Assembly: GCA_044892525.1 (NCBI GenBank) | Contig: CM097887.1 | Location: forward strand, 117,840,397-117,904,396 | Direction: 5' to 3' | From: Schmidtea polychroa | Taxonomy: Eukaryota | Length of the DNA: 64,000 nucleotides | Position numbers and translations under genes: made by a program | Notes under the pieces: generated by a model | What the model was told of the DNA's origin: nothing | Databases searched by the model: none | Seen by the model: only the letters and a program-made list of their open reading frames with translations | In this document: in pieces, positions 49,960-61,657 of the stretch | How the letters are laid out: each line of letters starts with the position of its first letter | Numbering within the stretch: position 1 is the first letter of the stretch

Positions 49960-52900
49960 AGGCGCGGCAGTAACAGTCATGATCCAAATCAACGGGAAAG
50001 AGACAAGCGCAATGATAGATACCGGAGCAAATGTATCAGCAATAGCAATCAACCAAATACCCAGTAAATGTTGGAAAGACATCGAACAAACAACTATCCA
50101 TATCATCGCATGCAGTAAAGAAACCGTAGACGTAGTAGGAAGATGGTGGACTACGTTAAGATATCAAGATAACGAAATTGAAACGTATCTAGCGGTGATA
50201 CCCAAACTGAGTGAACCATGTATAATCGGAACGGATTTAATGCCGGAATTGTTCAAGGAAGTAGTAATCGATTTAACAACAATGTGTCTAAAAGACAAAA
50301 CGGGTAGAATATGCAAGATGAACGCAATAATTAGATGTCCGGAGAAAATAATTGTACCAGCAAAATCACAAATGATATGTCAAATAAAAGTGGATGCAGG
50401 AATGGAAGGAGAAGTCATTTTTGAGCCAAGCAAATCATTCGAAAAACGACGAGAATTACCATTAGCAAGAGAAATAATAACAATAAATGAAGACGGTGAA
50501 ATACCAATCAACATCACAAATTTCGAGGAAGAAGATAAAATCATATATGAAAATGAAAGATTGGGTAGATTGACACCCATGATAGACATCGAATTACCAA
50601 AAATCACCAACGAAACAACGAAAGCCGACGAATTATGGATAATTGACAGCACCCTGCTAACGGAAAAAGAAAAGGAAAGACTTCAACAATTATTGATAGA
50701 ATATAAAGATATATTCGCAATTTCGGATTTAGATTTGGGAGCATGCGACGTTACATTACACGCAATACCATTAATAGACGAAACTCCAATCGCACTACGT
50801 CCATACAAACTAGCCGAGAAGCAAAAAGAGATAGCCGAAGCAGAAGTACAAAAAATGCTAGATGCACAAGTGATCGAACCAAGTTGTTCGCCATGGCAAT
50901 TTCCAGTAGTCATGGTGAAGAAAAAAGATGGTACTCAGAGATTCTGTATCGATTATCGGAAATTAAATGCAGTAACAAAAAGAGACACATACCCGTTACC
51001 AGACATCAATGAGATGTTACTTATGTTACAGGGGGCCGCATATTTTACATCTTTAGATCTGAAAAGCGGATATTGGCAGATCAAAGTCAAGGAGGAAGAC
51101 AAAGAGAAAACAGCATTCACATTGGGTCGAGATCTATACCAATTCAGGAAAATGCCGTTCGGACTGACCAATGCCCCAGCATCATTCCAGAGATGTATGA
51201 ATTTTGTCACACATGGGATCAAGCAGTGTATGGTATATATTGATGATTTATTAATATATTCAGCAACATTCGAACAACATTTGGAAGATATCAGAAACGT
51301 GTTCGTTCGATTACGACAATGGAAATTGAAACTCAAACCATCAAAGTGTGATTGGGCAAAAGAGAAAGTTACGTTCTTAGGACACATAGTGTCAGCAAAA
51401 GGCAAAGAACCAGATCCAAGAAACATAGAAAAAATAAAAACATGTCCAGCACCAAAAAATGTCACCCAAGTTCAAGAATTTCTCGGATTATGCGGATATT
51501 ATCGAAAATTCATCAAAAACTATGCAGGTATTGCGAAACCAATACAGGACTTAGTGAAAAAGGATATTTCATTTATTTGGGGTGCAGAACAACAAAAAGC
51601 ATTTGAGACATTGCGAGATAAATTAATTGAAGCTCCGATACTAGTACATCCTGATTTCAAGAAACCGTTCTTATTGGCAACAGATGCAAGTGGATATGCA
51701 GCCGGAGCGATATTAGGACAACTGGATGAAGAGGGAAAAGAAAGAGTGATTGGATACTACAATAGAACGTTTAAAAAGCACGAGAAAAACTATTCCGTAA
51801 CCGAGAGAGAAGCGTTAGCAATCATACAAGCGATTAAACATTTTCGATATTTGTTATGGGGACACGAAATATGTATCACAACAGATCACCAACCATTAGT
51901 ATGGCTTGGTCAACACAAAGAAGCTTCAAGTAGATTGATGCGATGGGCAATGCAGTTACAAGAATATTCACCGTTCATAAAATTCAAAGCGGGAAGAGCG
52001 AATGCCAATGCGGATTGTATGTCCAGATTTATCTTTCCAGATTTAGTAGATCACGAAATGCAACGAATATGTCTGATGGTAGCAGAAGATTTAGATTTTT
52101 GCCAATTACGGAAAGACCAACAGGAGGATACAGAGTTGAAACAAATCATTGAATATGTGAAAACAGGGAAAGCAGAGGTATATGAGAAAGATCAAAAATT
52201 GAAGGAGCATATGGATAAACATCGACATCGATATATTATCGAGAAAGACTGGTTGTTGATAATGGATGGAGAAAAAAGACTGATGTGCATTCCCGAGAAT
52301 AGACGTAAAGAGCTGCTAACACAATACCATGACGGAAGACTCGGAGGACATATGTCATCTAAAAAGACGTTGGCACGAATGAAACAAAAGTATTTTTGGC
52401 CTACATTGACCGAGGATGTAACGGAATGGGTGAAAAATTGCATAACTTGCGCAACCAGAAAAAACACGGGAACAAAATGAAAGGCACCATTAAAGCCAAT
52501 GCCAGTACCAGCAGAACCAATGACCATGATATCAATGGACGTGGTCGGTCCACTACCAGAATCAGATAGAGGAAATATATATATATTGGTAATCACAGAC
52601 TATTTGACGAAATTCCCCGAAGCATTCGCTATGGCAGATCAGAAAGCAAGAACAATCGCAAAAATACTAGTAGAGGAGATATGCTGTCGATATGGAACAC
52701 CAAAACAGATATTAACTGATCAAGGAACAAATTTCATGAGCGAAATAATGAGCGAAGTCACCAACTACTTCAAGATCGCAAAATTAAGAACATCACCGTA
52801 CCATCCACAAACTAATGGTATGACGGAAAGATTCAATGGAACACTGATTCAAATGTTATCAAATTATGTCGATCGTCATCAACGCGATTGGGACGAGTAT

Positions 52901-53370
52901 ATAAAATTATGTTTAATGGCTTACAGAATGTCGATTCACGCGTCCACAAAGATGAGTCCGTTCAAGTTGATGTACGGCAGAGAATGCAATATGCCAATGG
53001 ATTTGGAGTATCAGCCACCAATATCACAGTACATGGAAATAGACGATTATGTAACCAAGTTCAAGGAAAGAATGCAGGAAATCTGGGAAACTGCAGGATT
53101 GAATATAAAATTTTATCAGGAAAGTTACAAAGATCTACATGATAGAAAGAAAAACGTCAAACAGCATACGTTTCAAACAGGCGATTGGGTGATGATCGAA
53201 ACACCAGAATTAATTCCAGGAACCACCAAAAAATTACAACGAAACGGTAAAGGTCCGTATGAGATTCTATTCATCGGAGAAACCAATGTGAGAGTACGAT
53301 TAGTAAACAATCCCTTCACGAGGCCAATATATGTAAATGTGGCACGATGTAAGCCAATACCGAAAACAGC
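49960..53370 (+). CDS. pol: pol: aspartic protease, reverse transcriptase, RNase H, integrase with GPY/F module; in-frame TGA at 52478-52480
   Basis: IDTGA (DTG at 50018); RFCIDYRKLN, YFTSLDLKSGYWQI, MPFGLTNAPASFQ, YIDD (51236); TDASG, EREALA, TDHQPL; HHCC (52328-52449); MDVVGP, TDQGTNF, NGMTERFN; GPY at 53252. Confidence 0.97.
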
Positions 53371-53439
53371 CACCAGCCAGCCGGAAGGGAGAACATTAAC
53401 AACAAGATCACAAACGTATAGAATAAATATGTTACAGCA

Positions 53440-56400
53440 GATAAACGAACCAACAGGTAACCGATTGGGGTTACAACCATCAGAAGCCGAGAAAATCATA
53501 AAAGAAGTGAAAGCTAAAATGCCCGGATGGGCAGAAGACAGATTAGATTTTGAGATATTGGGAGGTCTGCTAACAATGATCGAAAATTATGCAAACCGAG
53601 AAAGAACACACCCATTACTCAGGGTAGTAAAAAGTCAATGGCCTATATTATTTACGATCACAGACCATTATGGAGATACACCGCTGCACAAACTTTTAAA
53701 GGTCGGGAATAATGAACAAATACTGGAAACGATCGAAGCATTTCGCGATTGTAACGTTTCAACAGATCAAGAAAATAACCAAGGTTACACTCCACTAATG
53801 ATAGCAGCCAATCGGGATAAAGCTAAAGATATTATCATCGCATTACTTGAAACTGGGTCAAAGATAACTACACAAGACCACAACCAGAAAAATGCACTAC
53901 ATCATGCAATCGAAGGGAAAAGTACGGAAGCCTTCATAATCTTAGTAGACCTATTATCATATGAGGATAATAGGGAGATAGGAAACATGTATGACGGGTT
54001 ATTAACTGCAATCAAAGAGAAATTAATAACAATTACTGGAATACTAATTGCATGGAGGAACCCGATCAAAAACGATTATATGGTAGATATAAACGAAACA
54101 TTTACCAAAGGAGAAAATACCTTGATGAGGGAAGCGATGAGAGGACATCACCTATTCGAAATTCCAAATCAACTACTACAACGTGGCATAAAATTTTCAA
54201 ATCACAAAGACGAACAACTAATCAGAAAACGAATTACCAACTTCGAAAAAGCTATATCTCAATTTACCGATAAAGTACAAGTAAAATTTTGGGAAACCGT
54301 GAGTGTATTATATATGATGGAAACTATGAACAACATTCGAGAAAACTACCTAAGTATTATTCAAGTGCTTACGGCGGAAGAACGCATTAACAGTTCAAAC
54401 AAGAAAAAGATAAAAATAAAGAAAGTAAAAACAAGAGAGTCTGAGGAACAAGTCGATCAAATAATAACCGATATAGCAACAACAAGTAAACCAAAGATAA
54501 TAAACTCAGACCAGGAGATAATAATACGCAAAGCCAAAGAGGTGTTCTTTGAAGAAATGCAAGATCTATCCGATAAAGCGATACTAGCAAAAATAGCAAA
54601 AACAGTACACACCTACGCAAGAGACCAGACCACAAATCTAGACATAGAAAAAATAAAAACATTTATACCACTAGCATTCACCTTACCAACAAAAGACTCA
54701 AGAACACCATTACAACAAGCCATTTTAGCAGCAAAAGAAAACAGAGCAATAACCATCATAAGAATCCTTGGAGACTTCGGAGAAGAATCTAATGCAAAAA
54801 ATGAACAAGGAGAAACAGCAATGATGTATGCAGCCATAACAAATATACGCCCGAAAACATTACATATACTACATCGATCGGGATCAAGACTGGACGAAAT
54901 ATCAAACGAAGGAAATTCTACCATGGATTGGGCAACCATACAACCAAACTTGGAAATGATTAGGTTCATTTGTAAAAATGCTACAAGAACTGAGGTAGAA
55001 AATATCTGTAAAAACACGTCACAGTTCCAATGGAACACGATACGGATGAACTTAGAAGCCATGAAGTTATTGCTAACATGGAAAATACCGCAAAGCAATA
55101 AATATGCAATAAATATAAATGAGTTCTACGAAAACGGAGAAAATGCTATGGTTAAAAATACACTAACAAAAGGAGGAACTCCGAAAATCATAATGATCGT
55201 ATTGAACAGAGAAGACCTCAAATTCACGCAAAATCTAAACGAACAAAAGCGGACCGGAAAACATCGCCGTATACAATTGAGAGAACTGGTAAAAGAATGG
55301 AATAGAAAGAGACATGTAGCAACAGGCAGAAAGGAGTTCGAATTCGAAGCAAAATTAGCAAGGAATAGAGTGTTAACGGCATATCACAGATTATTGAACG
55401 ACATAAATGTCGAGGACGACATTTCAAACGATAGCGGGGGAGATAAAGACGACAAAGACGACGATAATAATGAACAAGGTCGAAACGGGAATGGAGAGAA
55501 AGAGAAATCAGAGGAAAATAATCAAGGAAATAACGACTCAGGTATAAAAAAGGAGGAAAATAAACCGGGAAGCCGAACAAAGGAAGAGGAAAAGACGAAT
55601 AATGGGAAACAGAGGGTATGCCCACTTTTTACCAACAAGGAAATGGAGACAAATATGATGGTAATGATACTCATACTAACAATGATAGAAATGATAACAG
55701 CCCACGGTGGAATGGGAACGATAAAAGAGGCCAAGGAAACGGAAAACAAAGACAACAAGGAGAAGGAACTAAAGCAGGAAAAGAAGAAGCAAGTACGAGA
55801 GCAACAATGGGATTTAAAAGAAGAATGGGATCTAAAAGAAAGGTGCATACTAGGAAGATGTATGTCGAGAGCATATCGGAGACTAGTATTAATAAATGAA
55901 GATACAGAACTGATAACGGAAGTAAGAATTCAAGAAGCATATCGGAATCGAGACGGGAAGAGAATAACTAAAGTCAAAGGGAAGGAGGTACACCTGAGAA
56001 AAGGAGGTGAGGTAGTGATAACGCAACTCCAGCCAAGAAAAGAACACAAAGTCTGCATTTCAAGATTAGGACCGGGTGAAGACTGTCTACAATATGTAAC
56101 ACAGCAACAACCTCCAAAAGAATACACAGTATGCATCTGGAGAAACGATACAGCGAGAGAATGTCGACGATACCCTGGGAAAAGAGGGAGGAAAAGAAAA
56201 ATCAATGACGAAAAAGATGAGCAAGGAAAACGCAAGAAAACCGATGAGAAATATCAAGACAATTATGTATCCGAGGAGGAGATGGAGAAAATACAAAGAA
56301 TGGCAAAGGAAGGTATGAACGAGGAAATAGCAAGAATACGAGGAATGATAAAAGGAAATGGCAAAGACGGTAATCTAAAAAACACGGAAGCAATATCAAC

Positions 56401-56656
56401 AATAACGAACAAGGAAAAAGCAGAAATTATAGGCGTAAAACAGATGATGTGGATCAGCGGCATAATAATAACAGGGGCCTTTTTAATCATAACGGGGGGG
56501 ACAATAAAAATAATCAAAGATAGGCGGCATCGCGGAGAACTAGAAATGGCCAGAATAAGAAATTTTCAACATCGTGTAAGACGACCAAGTAATATCAAGC
56601 AGGAACAATGGGTGGAGGCCTGGAATGCTCAGCGCCCTCCAAGCTCACGTATATAG
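53440..56656 (+). CDS. C-terminal extension of the integrase ORF: two ankyrin-repeat modules, then an internal signal peptide, an ectodomain and a TM segment
   Basis: GDTPLH, GYTPLMIAA, QKNALHHA (53670-53960); SRTPLQQA, GETAMMYAA, GNSTMDWA (54700-54975); METNMMVMILILTMIEMITAHG (55643); TM MMWISGIIITGAFLIITGG (56444). Confidence 0.8.
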
Positions 56657-56800
56657 AAAGGATTATGACTGTATATAGATTGTAAAAAGTAAGTAGACAA
56701 TATTTATTTATATAACAGTATGATATATTTTTATACAAGCGCGGTATCAATAGTATATAATGATGGGGATAATTAACATGAAAATAAAATTAGATAAGGA

Positions 56801-57184
56801 TTGAAAAGTATATATAAATTAAGAATGGAACGAATAGGCGAGGAAGTAAATCACAGTACGACAACCGAGGAGATGTGGAAACAACAATGTGCAATGTTAA
56901 CTCAAGTGATTTCGAATTTACAGGAACAAGGACTCGCTGTACAAAGAAGCTTAGTCGAAAGTTTAAATAAAGGCTTCAGTTATGTAAGAATAATCGAAGA
57001 CCAACGAATAAAAATAGAACAAATGCAGCGAGAGATAGACCGAATATCACGATACAGCCAGGTGCAAGAAGAGGAGTTAATAAGAATCGCGGAAGAGATG
57101 GAGCGAGAGGAGATAGAAGACTGGTCAGAATGGTTAACCAGCAGGGAGGAGGGCGGACAAGAGGCCGACTCCTCCAGCCAATAA
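56801..57184 (+). CDS. accessory coiled-coil ORF (likely ATG at 56825)
   Basis: Intact helical, charged ORF bounded by AT-rich spacers. Confidence 0.55.
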   Translation: MKSIYKLRMERIGEEVNHSTTTEEMWKQQCAMLTQVISNLQEQGLAVQRSLVESLNKGFSYVRIIEDQRIKIEQMQREIDRISRYSQVQEEELIRIAEEMEREEIEDWSEWLTSREEGGQEADSSSQ

Positions 57185-57273
57185 ATATAACCTAAAATAG
57201 CAATGTAAATAACTGTAAATAAAAATACGAAACTGTACCAGTAACAAATATATGTATATATATAATTATAGAA

Positions 57274-58640
57274 ATGGATAAGCAACAACGAGAGGAATTC
57301 AAAGAAATTGTTGAACAAGTCAGAAAGTCCACCACAATTCGAATACACAACCATGTAACGTGTGGAATATGCAAGAACTTATTAAGAGAACCTCACCAAA
57401 CCAGATGTGGATGCAGAATGTGCAGAGAATGTGTAGAGGAGGTAATAAAGAAGGGACCACAATGGTGCCCAGTATGCAAAGAAACAATGATAACAAGTTT
57501 GGGAGATACAAACGAAGATAAAGCAGCTGTAAAAGATATGATGAATGCAAACCTAGGATGCAAAAACACCCCATGTAATTGGCGAGGAGTGATATGGGAA
57601 GTGAGGCAACATATGGAGCAATGTGAATATAAAATCAGTCAATGCAAACGTTGCCAAGAAGAGATTAAAGTCAATGAAGAAGCAGAACATCAAAGTCGAT
57701 GCGAAGAAAGACTGGAGAAATGTGAGTATTGCGGAGAAACCGACACCTGGAAAAAACTAATCAGTCAACATCACAACATACAAGAGGAGAAAGTGTGCGC
57801 AGAATTCAGAGGAGAATGCCCCAACAAATGCGATAAACCCGGAGTAATAAAACTCGCTCAACATCTGAAAGAATGTGAAAGGAAAAAGATAAGGTGTGTG
57901 TTAGGAAAATGGGGATGTCAGAAACAATTACACCGAGGGGAATTACCCCAACACACGCGGAAATATGGTCAACGGTATTACAAGAAAACGAAAGGAAAAC
58001 CGAAAACTTAGAAAGAGAAATAGTCTCGCTAAAAGCGTTGGTAAAAGAACTATTGGAAGAAAAGGAAGCATTCGAAGAGGCGAGAACAAGCACAAAGATA
58101 CAAACAGATCTAGTAGAAACTAGCAACATTATGGTGAAAGAACTACATCAAAAAGTAAGCGAATTAAACCTCAACGAATTAATACCAACGGCTCCATACA
58201 TATGGAAGATAACGGGAGTAAAAGAGAAGATGCAGAGAGCGAGAAATGGAAAGGATACAACATTACTAAGTCCAGCATTCTACTCATGGAAAAACGGGTA
58301 TAAAATGAAAATGAAAGCATACCCCAATGGGGATGGAAGTGCATACGGAACGCATTTCTCAGTATTCTTCTTGATATGCAAGGGGCTATACGACGAGTTA
58401 ATAGAATGGCCATTCAAAGCAAAAATAGACCTCGCAATGATGAACTATCAAAGTATACATGAACAGAGTTTCCATACAGCGGGAAACCTCGTATGTTACC
58501 AAAGGCCCTTGGAAGAAGAAGGATCAGCAACCGGAGCACCGAACTTCATCCTACAGCGGAAAGTAGAAGACATGACGAAAAACGACACCATATACATAAA
58601 AATAGCGGTGAGGCGAGACGGGAAGAGTAGGACTGAGTAG
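57274..58640 (+). CDS. TRAF: intronless TRAF homolog (RING, TRAF zinc fingers, coiled coil, MATH), frameshifted at ~57950
   Basis: CGICKNLLREPHQTRCGCRMCRECV...CPVC; CKNTPCNWRG...HMEQC; CPNKC; YIWKI...SPAFYS..GYKMKMKAYPNGDG...THFSVFF...YDELIEWPF. The two ORFs join at a CA-repeat slip. Confidence 0.92.
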
Positions 58641-58816
58641 AGAGACGAATAATTTTGTATATATTAAATTGTAAATATCGGTGAATATACCCAGTAAAAT
58701 ATTATATAGTAGTGTAGAAAACCCCAAATATGTTAAGAATAAACTTAAACGGAAAAATTCTAAAAACAACCCACCGATAACGAATTATAAACAATGAATA
58801 AATAACGAATATAAAA

Positions 58817-59893
58817 ATGCGACGTCAAGTTAATAATATCATTGTTCAGATCAAGATGACACAAGAAGGAACTGAAGCCCCAAACCACGAAACCAAAGTC
58901 AATAAAATCCATAAGGGAAAATGGGTCAAAGTAATGTTACAATTGACGAACCAGACCCGCAACCACCTCGAAGAGGCCAGGGAATACGAGAATAACAAAT
59001 ATCAGTGGTTAGTAAACAATTTAAGAGCCGAAGCAGAAGCATGCAAAAGAGCCTCTAAGTGGGCATCATTGGAAAACACTCGCCAAGAAGCGCACAGCCA
59101 CTATTTAAAACAGTTAGTGCAGGAAGCACGGAAACGATTGACGGACGAAAACACAAAACGAGAAGCAGAAAAACAAAAGGAAGGAAGGAAAATGAATCAC
59201 CTATTGGCAGAAGCCCGAAACTGGAAGCGACAGAACAAAGAGATGAAAAAAGAAATGAAAGAATTGCCTATGAGATTAGAATACGAAAGCGAACAAGGCA
59301 AATGGGAGGAAAATCTGGTCATAAGAGAAGAACTGAAACGGCTCAGAAAGATTGCGGCCCGAAGCCAAACATGGCAGACCAAAGCCATGGAATTTGAAAG
59401 ACATCTAGCCATGAAAATCTCCATAAGGGAGCACGAGAATGCCGCAATGGAAGAACTGATACTTCAACAGTCAGAACGACTCGTGGAACTGGTAAATAAG
59501 GTCGCAGAACTAGAACGAGATGTCAACGGATACCAAGGAGCTCTGGAGCAGAGAAATATGGTACTGGCGGGGAAAAACAAAAAGTTAGAAAACGAAAGGA
59601 AAATGTATAACGAAAATCTCAAAAATCTGGAGATAGAGATCAAGAAATGGGAAAACGGCGAAAAAGCGGAAGAGCTAGAAAAACAGATAGAGGTAAGAGA
59701 CGATGAAACCAGGTATCTAACATACCTGTTGGACGAGGAACTTAACGTGTCAAGAGCACTAAGAGACGAAGTGCAAGAACTTAGAGCGCAGATTCCCCGG
59801 TACTACATCCCATTTGATCCCATCGCACTCCAATTACAAACGTCAGTAGAAAGCGATGAGGGATATGTAGGCCAGGAAGAGACCTTTGTATAA
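58817..59893 (+). CDS. accessory 358-aa coiled-coil protein
   Basis: Long intact ORF with continuous E/K/R/L heptad-like composition. No family recognised. Confidence 0.7.
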   Translation: MRRQVNNIIVQIKMTQEGTEAPNHETKVNKIHKGKWVKVMLQLTNQTRNHLEEAREYENNKYQWLVNNLRAEAEACKRASKWASLENTRQEAHSHYLKQLVQEARKRLTDENTKREAEKQKEGRKMNHLLAEARNWKRQNKEMKKEMKELPMRLEYESEQGKWEENLVIREELKRLRKIAARSQTWQTKAMEFERHLAMKISIREHENAAMEELILQQSERLVELVNKVAELERDVNGYQGALEQRNMVLAGKNKKLENERKMYNENLKNLEIEIKKWENGEKAEELEKQIEVRDDETRYLTYLLDEELNVSRALRDEVQELRAQIPRYYIPFDPIALQLQTSVESDEGYVGQEETFV

Positions 59894-60066
59894 AGATAAA
59901 GGGAAAGATAAAAAATATAAAAATCGGGACCTGTATCCCAACCAAAAAATTAATGGTACAGTAAAAGTATGAAAGGGACTGTAACCCTGATTATAAAATA
60001 ACATATAAATGTATAAGTATAAGCCGCACTGTAGCGCAATTATTAATTACGTATATATTATAGAAA

Positions 60067-60768
60067 ATGAACAGTGAAAACGGACAACCCATCATAATAT
60101 CTATAATCGAGTTAGAAGAGGGAGAAATTGAAGTTGATGAAGTGGAGAGGAAGAAAACTATCAAGGAAGAATTACAAGAAGAGAGACAGGAAAACGAAAG
60201 ATTAGTAGAAAAGTGGAGGGATAATCGAAAAATGATTAAAGTATTGAAAAGAGAATACACCTTGCTAGAAGAAGTAAAGAAAGAAGTGGAGGAAGAAAAT
60301 GAATGGCTTCACGAGCAAGGAAAGCGAGGGAGAAATTGGGAAAAGATCGCGGAAGAATTATGGCAGGAGAGGGCCAGTCGAAAGGCCGACGAAGTGATTA
60401 GTGACTATTGGAAAACCGAGGCACGGAAACACCAAGAAAGCCTGAAAGAGTTACAACTCCAACTACACCAAAAACAGAAAGAATGTGAGATAATGAGACG
60501 AATGAACAACAAATACCAGGAAATAGACAACGAAGAAGACGGGGAAAGGGAAAATGATTTTCTACAGATAATGAACCATAAAAACCTCGAAAGAGCAACA
60601 CAAGAAATAAAAGCACTAAAAGAAAAAATAATAACCCTAGAGCAACAGTTAGACGAAAGAGACAAACAATTAAAAGTACTACCCGAATTGAGAAAACGAG
60701 TAATAAAAGCAGAAACGAGAGTGATGAGAACATCCGAGAAAACCCGTAAAAAGAAAACCCGGCAATAA
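60067..60768 (+). CDS. accessory 233-aa coiled-coil protein
   Basis: Intact charged helical ORF. TTATAG acceptor-like site 3 nt before the ATG. Confidence 0.7.
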   Translation: MNSENGQPIIISIIELEEGEIEVDEVERKKTIKEELQEERQENERLVEKWRDNRKMIKVLKREYTLLEEVKKEVEEENEWLHEQGKRGRNWEKIAEELWQERASRKADEVISDYWKTEARKHQESLKELQLQLHQKQKECEIMRRMNNKYQEIDNEEDGERENDFLQIMNHKNLERATQEIKALKEKIITLEQQLDERDKQLKVLPELRKRVIKAETRVMRTSEKTRKKKTRQ

Positions 60769-60823
60769 TTAAAGATGAATGATCAATGTAAATAATTGTA
60801 AATAAAAATTTTCGTATAGTAGT

Positions 60824-61348
60824 ATGTGGTTCGGAGCAACCCTGGTGACAATAATGATGATAGCGATAAACGGAGTACCCATGTGGCAGCCAATCCCAAC
60901 ACTCTGGGAGAATCCCGAGAAACAGCAAAACCCGTTAACCAAACTGAAAAGCGAAAGAAAGCTCTCCAACAACATCCCGAAACAATGCTGGAACAAAGCC
61001 GTCTGGAAAAAACTTCAAATGCAACTCCACCTACAAACCCAAAAAATCGAACAGCTCGAAATTCTCTTACAAGAACAAACCACCCAACAATCCTTGAAGG
61101 AAATCATCGTGAAGAAGGAAGTAAAAGAAAGTCAAGTCCTACTCTATGCTACCATCAGTGAAACCCTTATCATCTGCGCACTAGTCATCTGGAAAGCGTA
61201 TGATATTCATCGAACATGGAGAAGAAACCAGTCACTATCCGAGAAACACGAAAGAAAGAACCCACGACCGAAAAATAAACATAAACGAGCAGTACATTTT
61301 CAACAACCAAGCCCACCCGACCAAATGCAACAAAAATCTATCCCCTGA
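60824..61348 (+). CDS. accessory type I membrane protein (signal peptide, coiled coil, TM, basic tail)
   Basis: MWFGATLVTIMMIAING; VLLYATISETLIICALVIW; tail RKNPRPKNKHKR. Confidence 0.6.
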   Translation: MWFGATLVTIMMIAINGVPMWQPIPTLWENPEKQQNPLTKLKSERKLSNNIPKQCWNKAVWKKLQMQLHLQTQKIEQLEILLQEQTTQQSLKEIIVKKEVKESQVLLYATISETLIICALVIWKAYDIHRTWRRNQSLSEKHERKNPRPKNKHKRAVHFQQPSPPDQMQQKSIP

Positions 61349-61657
61349 CCAAATGCCTGTTACAATCCAGCTCCCCACGATAACAACTTCAACCAGCCAT
61401 CCGACCCAGAATTCAACCAACCAAGACAGTAATAACATTCCGAACCTCGAGATCATGTGACATCGACCATTCATAAACTTTGTGTGTATAAATCCGGTCA
61501 CCTAAAGTGGCCACTGCTTGCTTATTTTTGTCCTTTTATCTGTTTAATTAAAGTATTATTTAGTTATTTTAATTTTATGTTTGTGTAGATTTTGATTGTG
61601 GGATTAGTTGTTATACTGAAAGAAGGTACGATTCGAATGTACGATATTATGTGAATT

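Noticed and set aside
48911-52480. TGA read as Trp or Sec (alternative genetic code)
   Set aside because: The aligned residue in the relic is Arg, TGG encodes Trp throughout, several ORFs end normally in TGA, and the 47708 lesion needs a frameshift anyway.
43260-61501. Numerous minus-strand F/L/S-rich ORFs (e.g. 46682-47233, 54613-55098, 60398-60928)
   Set aside because: Antisense shadows of the A-rich plus-strand coding sequence, with no motifs.
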